NCBI GenBank assembly: GCA_965248925.1
Contig: CBDFLE010000006.1
Location: 3,808,001 to 3,872,000, forward strand
Direction of reading: 5' to 3'
DNA length: 64,000 nt
Origin: Candidatus Multivoradales bacterium
GTDB taxonomy: Bacteria > Acidobacteriota > Thermoanaerobaculia > Multivoradales > J023
Position 1 is the stretch's first letter, and each line of letters opens with the position of its first letter. Below are positions 40,782 to 50,681 of this stretch, in pieces. The position numbers and the translations under genes are program-made. The notes under the pieces were generated by a model. It did no database searches. It saw only the letters and a list, made by a program, of their open reading frames with translations, and was not told where the DNA came from.

Positions 40782-42662
40782 ATGGCGGAATCCCAGGGGG
40801 TAGGTCAGCCTATTCGATTGAACTCGTCCTCGCCGCCGCGTACTTCGGGATGGTTGGCGGCCAGCTGTCTCTTACTGGTCGCGGTGACCGCCGTGGCTTG
40901 GATCCTGGCCGCGGGGTTGGTGGCGGCCAACGATTTGCCTTGGGGCGAGCGTTGTTGGCTGGGTCTGCTGTGTTTCGTGACCCTGGCTCTGGGGGCTGGC
41001 GGTTTGCTGGCCTTGGCGGCCCTCAGTCACTGGTTGTGGAGTCGTTTTACGCCACCACGCTGCCAGCGTCCGCCCCCCTGGGTGCAGGTGGCCGCTGTTC
41101 TGGCCGCAGTCATGGTGCCAGCGATCGTCGGTTGGGGGACTGGCGGAGCGCTACCGTTCGCTCTGCTCGTTGCTCTGGCTGGGCTCGCTTGGCTCTGCTG
41201 TGGTGCCTTGCTGCGCCGAGCACGACTTCTCGATTGGCGGCCTCTGGTGGCTGTGACGGTGAGCCTGATGGTGCTCTGGGGAGTGGTGGCTCGGGTTTCC
41301 AGTAGCAGCGCCGAGGCTCGGCGCCAGGGTGAAGAGGAACTCTTCCACCAGGTCACGGCAGGTTTGCGAGTCAACGGCCAGCGGCTGCTGGTGATTGGTC
41401 TCGATGGTTTCTCCTGGCAGTTTTTCTCGGCGATGAGGCAGCGTGGTGAGTTGCCAAACTTGAGCCGCCTTGCCGGCTTGGGTGTGGCCGGTCCCTTGGG
41501 CTCGCTGCGGCCCACCGAATCGGCACGCCTGTGGACCACGGTGGCGAGCGGTGAAACGGCTGAGCGGCACGGTGTAGCGAGTTTCTTTTCCTATGTCTTG
41601 CCGGGTATCGGGAAGCCGCTGATCGCCCGCTGGCCGAACGGCAGCGGGCTGCCGCGTCTGCTCGATCTGGCGGTAAGTCGTGGTTGGGCGCGGCGCGAAC
41701 CGGTGTCTTCTTACAACTGCAGCTCGCCGCGATTCTGGGAGATCGTCGAGGCCGCTGGCGGGCGCGCCGCGGTCCTAGGTTGGTGGGCGACTTGGCCGGC
41801 CCACGCCGCCCGCGGGGTGGTGGTGAGCGATACCTTCTACTACCACTATGGTGGCCGCGACAAGCCGCCGCGGCTGGGCTTAGAGGGTGCGGGCGGGGCG
41901 GTCTATCCGTCAACTTTGAAGGTCGAGTTGGAAGGGTTGCGGCGCTCGCCGCACTCGGTTGGCGAGGCAGAGATTGAGCGTTTCTTCGCTCGCCCAATGG
42001 AGCGCCTCGAAGAGCTGCGCAACAGCAGTTGGCTGCCGACCGTGGACGACCAGTTCCTCTATCTTTTCTCGATGGACCGCACCTATGCCGACCTGGCCCA
42101 GCACCTGTTGCGGCGGCAGCCGGATCTCGACCTGATGGTGGTGTATCTGCGGGGTGTCGACACCCTGTCTCACCTGGCGCTCGAATTCGGCACCCCTCTC
42201 GATCCTGCGTCGCCGGGTTCGGCGGCCGACTTGGTGCGTGCCTACTACGTTTTCACCGATCAGTTGGTGGGAGAGTTGGTTGCGGCGGCAGGGGCGGGGC
42301 GTGGTGTCTTGGTGCTCTCTGACCACGGCTTTGCTCGCGACGATGTGGGCCGCTGGGGTCACGACGACGCGCCGCCAGGAGTGTTACTGGCGGCCGGTTC
42401 CGGCTTGGCCAGCGGGCGGCGCATCACCGAAGTGGATCTCTACGACATCTTCCCGACCGTCTTGCGCTTCTTCGGCTTACCACGGGTGGCGGGGCAGTCC
42501 GGCGAATCTTTGGCCATCTACGGCGCCGAGCTGGCCAGCCCGCCGCCGCCGCTGCCGAGCTATGGCCGCCCACCCCGCGCCGCGCCGGCGGACCTGGCGG
42601 TCGGTGAGAAGGCCAGGGAGGAAGAAGTCGAGCGGCTTCGATCCCTCGGCTACGGCGGCTAG
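40782..42662 (+). CDS. Membrane-anchored alkaline phosphatase / nucleotide pyrophosphatase-family protein
   Basis: N-terminal TM helices; VIGLDG, WTTVASG...HGV, DTLSH, LSDHGF. Confidence 0.85.
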   Translation: MAESQGVGQPIRLNSSSPPRTSGWLAASCLLLVAVTAVAWILAAGLVAANDLPWGERCWLGLLCFVTLALGAGGLLALAALSHWLWSRFTPPRCQRPPPWVQVAAVLAAVMVPAIVGWGTGGALPFALLVALAGLAWLCCGALLRRARLLDWRPLVAVTVSLMVLWGVVARVSSSSAEARRQGEEELFHQVTAGLRVNGQRLLVIGLDGFSWQFFSAMRQRGELPNLSRLAGLGVAGPLGSLRPTESARLWTTVASGETAERHGVASFFSYVLPGIGKPLIARWPNGSGLPRLLDLAVSRGWARREPVSSYNCSSPRFWEIVEAAGGRAAVLGWWATWPAHAARGVVVSDTFYYHYGGRDKPPRLGLEGAGGAVYPSTLKVELEGLRRSPHSVGEAEIERFFARPMERLEELRNSSWLPTVDDQFLYLFSMDRTYADLAQHLLRRQPDLDLMVVYLRGVDTLSHLALEFGTPLDPASPGSAADLVRAYYVFTDQLVGELVAAAGAGRGVLVLSDHGFARDDVGRWGHDDAPPGVLLAAGSGLASGRRITEVDLYDIFPTVLRFFGLPRVAGQSGESLAIYGAELASPPPPLPSYGRPPRAAPADLAVGEKAREEEVERLRSLGYGG

Positions 42663-42875
42663 GCCGGCCGCAAAGGCAATTTAATATCGAGACAAATGCT
42701 GATTGGCCTCACCAAGGCTGATGGGTCGGGAAAACGGCATCTCCTGGAAAAATTGGAGAGCCACAGGATCTTCTGTAACCAGCACGGCTGATCAGCTGTA
42801 GCACGAGCTATCCGGAGCCACCAATGTCCCACCCCCTACCTTGGCCATGGGTGAGCGGCGAACGGCTTCGCTGGC

Positions 42876-43126
42876 TCAGCATTCGCATTGGTTGCGGCGG
42901 AATTCCTCGACTTTGTCTTCGCCACCGAGCTCGATGAAACAGCATGCCTCGAGCTCCGTCTCCAGCAGGCGGCGCCTCGGTGGATGCGCAGCTGGGCCTC
43001 CTGGGCCACGTCGTCGGCGTCCTGGGCTGGAGTGCGTTGGGCGATGAAGGCTCGCAGCCCAGCGACAAGTCGCGCCCACGAGGGTTCGGTGCTGGGCGGC
43101 TGGGTTGTTGGGTTGTTCGACTTCAT
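42876..43126 (-). pseudogene. SigZ-like ECF sigma remnant (internal deletion of ~350 bp)
   Basis: Matches the 5' and 3' ends of 45861-46463, fused at a CCGCCT microhomology. Confidence 0.85.
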
Positions 43127-43141
43127 CGCCACTCCACAAGT

Positions 43142-43540
43142 TCAGGTACAGCAGGTTGCGTCGCAGCAGCCGTCTTTGGCCGCTGCCGGTCCGCGGCGTA
43201 CAGTGGCTTCGCCGGAGGTGTAGAACAGTTCCCACGAGACCTCCTGCGGATCGCTGACCCAAGCCTTGTCCGCGGCGTGGTAGCAACAGACTGTCTCTCC
43301 CTCGTCGATGACCTTATCCAGTAGCGTGCCAAGGCGCTGTCGGAGTTCTACCAGCTCCGCTTGGGTCGCGGCCTGGATGCCGAAACGCTGGATGCCGTGT
43401 TCCTCAGCGCTGGCCGGCTGTTCGATGATGGAGAAGTTGACTCGGGGGTCGTCGGGGTTCCACTTGGCGTAGTCTGATTTGGTGACCGTGGCCTCGCTGT
43501 CGAAGAGCGTCGAGAAGATGCGGATCGACTCTGCGAGGTT
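43142..43540 (-). pseudogene. ArsI/CadI copy with a replaced 5' end
   Basis: Near-identical to 46479-46910 but lacks MKRLHVNL (the metal-ligand His). Confidence 0.75.
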
Positions 43541-43826
43541 TTGGGGCGGTTCGATAGGGGCCAACTTCTCGCGCAATTTGGTGCCAACGTAAACGTTTGT
43601 CTGACGTGACTGTCAATCGATGTCCTATTGCACGACGGTCGACAAATCCAAGTTCCTGCTCATTTTCCTTGGAGTCTGCAGGGCGTCGATCGTCAGCCCG
43701 TAGTCTTGTTAGTCTCTTGACTGGTTGAGGAGTCTTAGAGGAGATCAGCTTCTTCCTGACTCAGCGGAGCTTCAGGGGTTGTCGACTGACGATCGGACTA
43801 GAGGTTGACCATGTCCAGATTGACCG

Positions 43827-45263
43827 TTGCCAACAATTAAATGTCTAGGGAGGTGCCATGCCGTGAGTAGCGAGACAGAGGTGTTGATGACTATTCGTGG
43901 GTCTTCTGGGGGGCGCGAGACCTACTCGTTCCTTGAGCGAGTGCTGCCGGGCACCACGCTGCTCTTCCTAGTCTTGGTGCTGGCCAATTCGACTGACCGA
44001 GCTCTTGCGTTGTGGCTTTGCGCAGGCCATGTCGTGAGCAATGTGTTGATGTCTTGGGTGATTTCGAGATTGGATCAGACATCAAGTCGGATTGGCGAGT
44101 TGGTCAAGCTTGGATTCAATTTGGTATATGTATTTGTGGCGACGCTCTTGGGCGGACATTCGACACTGATCTGGATCTTGCACTTGGTGCAAATTTGCAG
44201 AACGATGTTAGTCTTTCCGGCTAGCTCGATAAGAGTTGGGTCGGCGATAGCGTTCGGTGCCTCGGCGGCTTGGGCCGAGCATCTAGCAGGAGGGCGATTT
44301 GGGAAAGCCATCGAGCCTCTCATTGTTTTGGTCGCTCTAGCGATTTTGACGGATGCTCTGTTCAAGTTTTTTGATCGACTCTTGAAAAGGGAGCAAAAGA
44401 TGCTGCTCAAGAGTGAGCATCTGCGGCGACTATCTGGCCGGATGGAGGCGGTTGGTAGTCTTGCTGCAGGTTTGGCCCATGAGATCAATACGCCGATCCA
44501 ATACGTCAGCGACAGCCTGGATTTCGTCCGCCAGGGTGTCGAGCAGTTGCTGATCGATGGGCGACAACAAGGTGACTTCATCGAGGCCTTGCTGGCCGCT
44601 CGGAGATCGGGGATGCCTATGCCGCGCGCGGAGAATCAGAGCGAAGATAAGCTGCAGTCTCAAGCGTTTCTGCGGGAGAACCTACCGGCGGCTCTGGCCA
44701 GAATCAGCCTTGGTTTGGAACGGGTTTCTGAGATCGTTTGTGCTATGCGAGTATTCTCCCATCCGGGGAGCTCCGAACAAAACTGGGCTGATATCAAAAA
44801 ATCATTGGCGTCGGCGATAACGATGACTTCCTCAGAGTGGAAAGAAATTGCGACTGTGGAGCTGGATTTGGTCGACTTGCCCAGAGTCAGGTGTAACATT
44901 GCGGAGATCGGCCAGGTGTTTCTGAATCTTCTAGTCAACGCTGCCGACGCCATTCGCCAGACGGAAAGTAAAACCCTTGGGCTGATTCAGGTCGCGACCC
45001 GGTGCCTCGGCGACCGCTGGGTGGAGATCTCCATCTCTGACAATGGATGTGGAGTGCCGGAAGATGCCAAGGAGCATATTTTCGATCCTTTCTTCACGAC
45101 CAAGGAGGTTGGCAAGGGTACCGGTCAAGGTCTCGCAATGGCCATGAACGTGGTCGCCAGTCTTCACGATGGCAAGATGGATCTGCAGAGTTCGGAGGGG
45201 CAGGGTACTCGAGTGAGCGTGATTCTGCCGATTAATGGAAAAGGAGGAACTGATGAGACGTGA
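43827..45263 (+). CDS. Membrane sensor histidine kinase (NtrB-like)
   Basis: TM region; AHEINTP H-box; NLLVNAADA, DNGCG, FDPFFTTK, GTGQGL. Confidence 0.92.
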   Translation: MPTIKCLGRCHAVSSETEVLMTIRGSSGGRETYSFLERVLPGTTLLFLVLVLANSTDRALALWLCAGHVVSNVLMSWVISRLDQTSSRIGELVKLGFNLVYVFVATLLGGHSTLIWILHLVQICRTMLVFPASSIRVGSAIAFGASAAWAEHLAGGRFGKAIEPLIVLVALAILTDALFKFFDRLLKREQKMLLKSEHLRRLSGRMEAVGSLAAGLAHEINTPIQYVSDSLDFVRQGVEQLLIDGRQQGDFIEALLAARRSGMPMPRAENQSEDKLQSQAFLRENLPAALARISLGLERVSEIVCAMRVFSHPGSSEQNWADIKKSLASAITMTSSEWKEIATVELDLVDLPRVRCNIAEIGQVFLNLLVNAADAIRQTESKTLGLIQVATRCLGDRWVEISISDNGCGVPEDAKEHIFDPFFTTKEVGKGTGQGLAMAMNVVASLHDGKMDLQSSEGQGTRVSVILPINGKGGTDET

Positions 45264-45813
45264 AGAGGAACCAAGAGTGCTGTTTGTTGACGATGAAGAG
45301 CTGGTCGTGCAGAGCCTCAAGACGGCACTTTGGAAGTCTGCGTTCAAGGTCGAAACAGCGAATTCGGCGCGGGAGGCTCTTGCTATGCTCGACCGGCATG
45401 TGTTTGACGTGATCGTGTCAGACGAGCGAATGCCGGGCATGTCGGGTGCCGACCTGCTCGCTAAGGTCCGGCGGCGATTTCCCAAAACCGTACGGATAAT
45501 TTTCACTGGCTACTCAGACCGTAAGGCGACGGTCCGAGCCATCAATGAAGGAGAGGTCTTTCGCTACCTCTCCAAGCCTTGCAAGTTATCTGATCTGCAA
45601 GAGGCTCTTTGGGCGGCGATGGAGTTCAAGCAGCGATTGACCGAGCTGCGAGAGATACCGCTGGAACAGCCGCTGGACCAGCAGCGCCAGCAGCTGTTCG
45701 ACGAGCTCGAGCGAGTCTATCCCGGTATCACCAAGACGGCTCGCGATAGCCAAGAGCTGATCGTGATTGACGAGTATGAGCCCTGCCCCAGCCTTGTTCA
45801 CCGGGAATCTTGA
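45253..45813 (+). CDS. Response regulator (REC + short C-terminal tail)
   Basis: FVDDE, SDERMPGMSG, FTGY, LSKP. Confidence 0.92.
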   Translation: MRREEEPRVLFVDDEELVVQSLKTALWKSAFKVETANSAREALAMLDRHVFDVIVSDERMPGMSGADLLAKVRRRFPKTVRIIFTGYSDRKATVRAINEGEVFRYLSKPCKLSDLQEALWAAMEFKQRLTELREIPLEQPLDQQRQQLFDELERVYPGITKTARDSQELIVIDEYEPCPSLVHRES

Positions 45814-45860
45814 GAGGAAGGATCTGTTCGCTGTTGGACTCAGCCGCTAACACTGCTGGG

Positions 45861-46463
45861 TCAGCAGTCGCAACGGTTGCGGCGGAAGTCCTCGACTCTG
45901 CCTTCGGCACCGAGCTCGACCGAGCAGCACTTCTCGAGTTCCGTGGCTAGCAGGCGGTGGCCACGTTGCACGCGGGACTTTATCGCCGCCAGCGACAGGC
46001 CCAGCTCGCTGGCCGCCTGGCGTTGGGTTTGGCCTTCGAAATCGGTCAGCAGCAGGGCTTCTCGGTAGATCTCGGGCAACTGCTCGGCGAGAGGCCGCAA
46101 CCAGCTGAGCACCTCCTCGTGGGCGCTGTGATCGCCTTTGTAGGTGGCGAGTCTTTCGGCGACGGCGGCACTGGGGTCGGCGACTGATTCCGGCTCGACC
46201 CCAGCTGCCGTGTCGATCGGTCGCTGGCCGCGATAGTGGTCGGCGATGGCTCGCCGAGCCACCGTGTAGACCCAGGACTGAAGGCGTTGGGGATCGCGCA
46301 CCGAGGCGGCGCCTTGGTGGATGCGCAGCAGGGCCTCCTGGGCCACGTCGTCGGCGTCCTGGGCTGGAGTGCGTTGGGCAATGAAGGCTCGCAGCCCAGC
46401 GACAAATCGCACCCACGAGGTTTCGGAGCTGGACGGCTGGGTTGTTGGGTTGTTCGACTTCAT
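45861..46463 (-). CDS. ECF sigma factor, SigZ-like, with a Cys-rich C-terminus
   Basis: DADDVAQE, SWVYTVARR..D, LP..YREAL, KSRVQRG, CC...RCDC. Confidence 0.88.
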   Translation of the reverse strand: MKSNNPTTQPSSSETSWVRFVAGLRAFIAQRTPAQDADDVAQEALLRIHQGAASVRDPQRLQSWVYTVARRAIADHYRGQRPIDTAAGVEPESVADPSAAVAERLATYKGDHSAHEEVLSWLRPLAEQLPEIYREALLLTDFEGQTQRQAASELGLSLAAIKSRVQRGHRLLATELEKCCSVELGAEGRVEDFRRNRCDC

Positions 46464-46478
46464 CGCAACTCCACAGAT

Positions 46479-46910
46479 TCAGGTACAGCAGGTTGCGTCG
46501 CAGCAGCGGTCTTTGGCGGCTGCCGGTTCGCGGCGTACGGTGGCTTCGCCGGAGGTGTAGAACAGTTCCCACGAGACCTCCTGCGGATCGTTGACCCACG
46601 CTTTGTCCGAGGCGTGGTAGCAACAGACGGTTTCTCCCTCGTCGAAGACCTTATCCTGCTGCGTGCTGAGTCGCTGCCGGAGTTCTACCAGCTCCGCTTG
46701 GGTCTCGGCCTGAATGCCTAAGTGCTGGATGCCGTGTCCTTCTGTGTTGGCCGGCCGCTCGATGATGGAGAAGTTGACTCGGGGGTCGTCGAGCAGCCAC
46801 TTGGCGTAGTCTGATTTGGTGACTGTGGGCTCGCCGGCGAAGAGGGTCGAATAGAAGCGGATCGACTCCGCGAGGTTGGACACTGTTAGGTTGACGTGCA
46901 GTCTCTTCAT
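46479..46910 (-). CDS. ArsI/CadI-family VOC metalloenzyme
   Basis: MKRLHVNL.V..L..SI.FY..LF, DYAKW.LDDP..NFSI, HLG, TVCCY...KAWV.DP....WE.F. Confidence 0.9.
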   Translation of the reverse strand: MKRLHVNLTVSNLAESIRFYSTLFAGEPTVTKSDYAKWLLDDPRVNFSIIERPANTEGHGIQHLGIQAETQAELVELRQRLSTQQDKVFDEGETVCCYHASDKAWVNDPQEVSWELFYTSGEATVRREPAAAKDRCCDATCCT

Positions 46911-47351
46911 GGTCGGGTCTCCCTGGTGTTGGCCGGATGTTCAGCGTCCGGTTATCTAGAGAGTCGGCTGATTGAGCAAAAGGATGCAAGATTTATCCAA
47001 CATAGATTTCGCGGCTCCGAGGAGCCGCGTGGCCTGATTTGTATCTTTGTTGGAAACCTTTTCTGCTTACGTTTTGGATTGCAGTGACGGTGCGGAGAAG
47101 GTCGCGGTTCATGTAGGTGTTTGGTACCTAGCTCTGTAGGTCTAGGTCTTGTTTTGCCATTTTCAACTGGCTAGTTTTCTCTATTCCTCTGCTGTGGATC
47201 ACGAAAGATCGACGCCGCTGTTTTTACTTGCTACTCTAGAGGGTGCCAAGCTTCATGAAGGTAGGAGTGATCTCGAGAGTTTGGCAGGGGAAGAGCAGGT
47301 GAAGCCGCTGTTTGATAGGGAAGCCGCTGGTTGATGGGGAAGGAGCGAGTG

Positions 47352-47867
47352 ATGAAGAACCAAGAGAGACCACGAGTAATGTTCATCGATGATGAGGAGA
47401 TAGTTGTTCAGAGCCTCAAGGCGGCGTTGCGGAACTCCCCCTTCCAAGTTGCCACGGCGGGTTCTGCGGCGGATGCTCTCGCTCAGCTTGAGCTGCAAGA
47501 GTTCGATGTGATCGTCTCGGACGAGCGAATGCCGGGAATGTCGGGGGCGGCGCTTCTGGCCGAGGTTCGGCAGCGTTTCCCCGAGACCATGCGGATGATC
47601 TTCACCGGCTATTCGGACCATCAAGCGACGCTGCGGGCGATCAACGAAGGAGGAGTCTTTCGCTATTTGAGCAAGCCTTGCAGCCTGCCCGACTTGAAGG
47701 AAGCCCTGGCGGCAGCGGTGAGCTTCAAGCGCCACTTGACCCAGGTGCGGAGGATGCCGCAGGACCAGCAACGTCGGCAGCTGCTGGATGACCTCGAGCG
47801 AACCTATCCCGGGATCACCTACACCCTTCGGGATAGCCAAGAGTTGATCCTCATCGACAGTCCTTGA
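47352..47867 (+). CDS. Response regulator, paralog of 45253-45813
   Basis: FIDDE, SDERMPGMSG, LSKP, LERTYPGIT...DSQELI.ID tail shared with the paralog. Confidence 0.9.
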   Translation: MKNQERPRVMFIDDEEIVVQSLKAALRNSPFQVATAGSAADALAQLELQEFDVIVSDERMPGMSGAALLAEVRQRFPETMRMIFTGYSDHQATLRAINEGGVFRYLSKPCSLPDLKEALAAAVSFKRHLTQVRRMPQDQQRRQLLDDLERTYPGITYTLRDSQELILIDSP

Positions 47868-48325
47868 CCCTGGCCCTGACCCTGGCCCTGCCGGCTTTGA
47901 CCCTGGAGGTGCCTCCTCGATCAAGGGACTGTCTAGCGCGGCACCTTGAGGGTTACTCCGATGCCCACGAAGCTGTCTGGCGCTGGGCCGGCAAGGCTGT
48001 TGCCGGCAGCTAGATCGCTGTCTTGGGCGCTTTGCCGCGTTCCTCAAGCAGCAGGATCTTGGCGCCGAGTTCGCCGTCGGTGGAGCCATCGGTGTCGAAT
48101 CTACCGGCTCCTGTCCGTAGCTCCGATTCGTCTCTGCCGCCCCAACCCAGGCGTAGCTCCAAGCACTCGGTGAGGCCGAATCGCTCCAGTGTTTCCGGGC
48201 CCGAGACGGTTTCCAGGCACCAAAATAATAATCTCAATCAATCAACCTCGGCGGCGCTCAAAGAGCCTGTCGCCAAGGCACAACGAAGGCCTGCGGTGGG
48301 TCGGAGGGATGAAATTGCCGTGGGT

Positions 48326-49549
48326 CTAGCGGCGGCAGCGGGCGCAGATCTGGCGGACGACCTCGATCACTCGATCGCGTTCGGCGGCGGCCATGGCGGG
48401 GTAGATCGGCAGACTGACCAACCGCGGCCACAGTTCGCTCGCAGCGGGTAGCTGCCTTGGCTGCCAGCCGAAGCGCTCTTCGTAGTAGGGGTGCAGGTGC
48501 AGCGGACGCCAGTGGACCGAGAAACCTACTCTTTGCTCGCGCATTGCCTCGACAAAGCGGTTGCGGTCGACGGAGAGCCGATCGAGGCGGAGGCGGATCG
48601 GGAAGAGGTGCCAGGCGTGCAAGCGATTGCTGTCGCTCAGCGGCAAGCCGATCTCGTCGATCTCGGCGAGATCGGCGAGGTAGTGCTCGGCCACCGCCTG
48701 GCGCTGGAGGCGGAAGGTCTCGGCCCGCTCCAACTGCACCAAACCGAGGGCGGCGGCGGTGTCGGGCATGTTGTACTTGAAGCCTGGAGCGACAATCCGG
48801 TAATCCCAGGAACCGCCGCCGCTGTAGCGATTCCAAGCGTCTTTCGACAGGCCGTGCAGGGTCATCAGTCGGATGCGCTCGGCGAGGTCTGGGCGATCGG
48901 TGACCGCCATGCCGCCCTCGCCGGTGGTGATCGTCTTGTTGGCGTAGAACGAGTAGCAGCTCACCGCCGCGCTGTTCTCACCACAGCGCTGCCATTCAGC
49001 TTCGGCCGACGGACGCCAGGCGGCGGGGAAGGCGTGGGCGGCGTCTTCCACCACCCACAGATCATGTTCGGCAGCGAAGGCGGCGATGGCCTCGAGATCC
49101 ATTAGGTAGCCGCCGACATGTACCGGGATCATTCCCACCACTTCGAGATCAGCGGCGATCGCGGGAGCCAGCTCGCCAGCTCGCAGAGCAGCGATCTTGC
49201 GCCGGGCGTCGCCCAGGTCGAGATTGGCGCTCAGCGGGTCGCAATCCACCAGGATCGGCACGCCGCCGAGGTAGCGCACCACTTCGGCGGTGGCGGCGAA
49301 GGTCATGGTGGGCACCAGCACTGCCTGACCGGGGCCGAGCCCTAGCGCCTCGACCGCCAAGTGCAAAGCTGCCGTGCATGAGGTCACCGCGATGGCCTGG
49401 CGGCCCCCTACGGCGGCGGCGAAGCCATCTTCGAAGGCCCTGCTTTTTGGGCCGCTGGTGAGCCAGCCCGAGCGCAGCACATCGGCGACCTCGGCGATCT
49501 CTCGTTCGCCGATCGGCGGTCGGAAGAAGGGCACTTGCGGTGCGCTCAT
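48326..49549 (-). CDS. DegT/DnrJ/EryC1/StrS aminotransferase
   Basis: SGWLTSGP, SCTAALHL, EDAAHA, SFYANKTITTGEGG, GFKYNM; ATGA overlap with wecB. Confidence 0.94.
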   Translation of the reverse strand: MSAPQVPFFRPPIGEREIAEVADVLRSGWLTSGPKSRAFEDGFAAAVGGRQAIAVTSCTAALHLAVEALGLGPGQAVLVPTMTFAATAEVVRYLGGVPILVDCDPLSANLDLGDARRKIAALRAGELAPAIAADLEVVGMIPVHVGGYLMDLEAIAAFAAEHDLWVVEDAAHAFPAAWRPSAEAEWQRCGENSAAVSCYSFYANKTITTGEGGMAVTDRPDLAERIRLMTLHGLSKDAWNRYSGGGSWDYRIVAPGFKYNMPDTAAALGLVQLERAETFRLQRQAVAEHYLADLAEIDEIGLPLSDSNRLHAWHLFPIRLRLDRLSVDRNRFVEAMREQRVGFSVHWRPLHLHPYYEERFGWQPRQLPAASELWPRLVSLPIYPAMAAAERDRVIEVVRQICARCRR

Positions 49550-50661
49550 GCGCCGTCTCCAGCTTCCCGCGTGGCCGCCCAATCGACAATCACGGCGGCA
49601 ATCCGCTGGCCGGCGGTGCCATCCCACAAGGGTGGTGAAAAAGGTGCTGGCGCGGCGGCCTTGGTAGGTGGGCTTGCCAAGACCTCGTCGAGAGCGGCGA
49701 TGATGGTGTCTGGCACGGTGCCGACCAGCCGGTTGCTACCCGTCTCAAGGGTGATGGGCCGTTCGGTGTTGTTGCGCAAAGTCAAGCAGGGGACGCCGAG
49801 TACGGTGGTCTCCTCCTGGATGCCGCCGGAATCGGTCAGCACCACGCGAGCGCGGGCCATCAGACCGAGAAAGGTGAGGTAGGGCAACGGCTCCAGGACG
49901 CGCGCCCGCAGCTCGATGCCGGCATCGGCCAGCCGCTGCCGGGTGCGTGGGTGGGCCGGAAAGAGCACCGGCAGGCGGCGCGCCGCACGTTCGAGAACCT
50001 CCACCATGCGCTCCAGGTCTGCCGGTTGGTCGACATTCGAAGGCCGGTGCAAGGTGGCCAGAGCATAGCCTCCCGGCGGCAAGTCGAACGCCTCCCACGG
50101 ACTGGCGGCGATGGCGTTCTCGGCGTGGGTCAGGAGGGTGTCGACCATGCAATTGCCGACGAAGTGGATGCGTTCTGCGGCGAAACCCTCGGCGCGCAGA
50201 TGGTCGTTGCCGCTCTGTTCGGTGGTGAAGCAGAGTTCCGCCAGCTGGTCGGTCAAGATGCGGTTGAGTTCTTCGGGCATGGCGCGATCCCCGGAGCGCA
50301 AGCCGGCCTCGACGTGCGCCACCGGAATGTGCAGCTTGGCCGCCACCAGCGCCGCTGCCAGGGTGGAATTGACGTCGCCAGCGACGATCACCAGCTCGGG
50401 TCGCTGGGCCTCGCAGACCCGTTCGAACTCGGTCATCACCCGAGCGGTCTGTCGAGCGTGGCTGTCAGAGCCCACCCCGAGGTCGAGATCCGGCGCCGGC
50501 ATGCCGAGTTCCTCGAAGAACACCTGTGAAAGGCGGCGGTCGTAGTGCTGACCGGTATGCACCAAGTAGGGCTCGAAGCCGTGCTCGCGCAGGGCGAACA
50601 CCACCGGCGCCATCTTCATGAAATTAGGCCGCGCTCCGACGACGCACACAATTCGTTGCAT
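49546..50661 (-). CDS. wecB: UDP-N-acetylglucosamine 2-epimerase (non-hydrolysing)
   Basis: GARPNFMK, HTGQHYD, GDVNST, HVEAGLRS, TDSGGIQEE, TERP. Confidence 0.95.
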   Translation of the reverse strand: MQRIVCVVGARPNFMKMAPVVFALREHGFEPYLVHTGQHYDRRLSQVFFEELGMPAPDLDLGVGSDSHARQTARVMTEFERVCEAQRPELVIVAGDVNSTLAAALVAAKLHIPVAHVEAGLRSGDRAMPEELNRILTDQLAELCFTTEQSGNDHLRAEGFAAERIHFVGNCMVDTLLTHAENAIAASPWEAFDLPPGGYALATLHRPSNVDQPADLERMVEVLERAARRLPVLFPAHPRTRQRLADAGIELRARVLEPLPYLTFLGLMARARVVLTDSGGIQEETTVLGVPCLTLRNNTERPITLETGSNRLVGTVPDTIIAALDEVLASPPTKAAAPAPFSPPLWDGTAGQRIAAVIVDWAATREAGDGA

Positions 50662-50681
50662 GCCCTGACCCTATGCCAAAC

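Noticed and set aside
47864-47905. TGACCCTGGCCC short tandem repeat
   Set aside because: Only two to three copies of low-complexity sequence with no associated feature.
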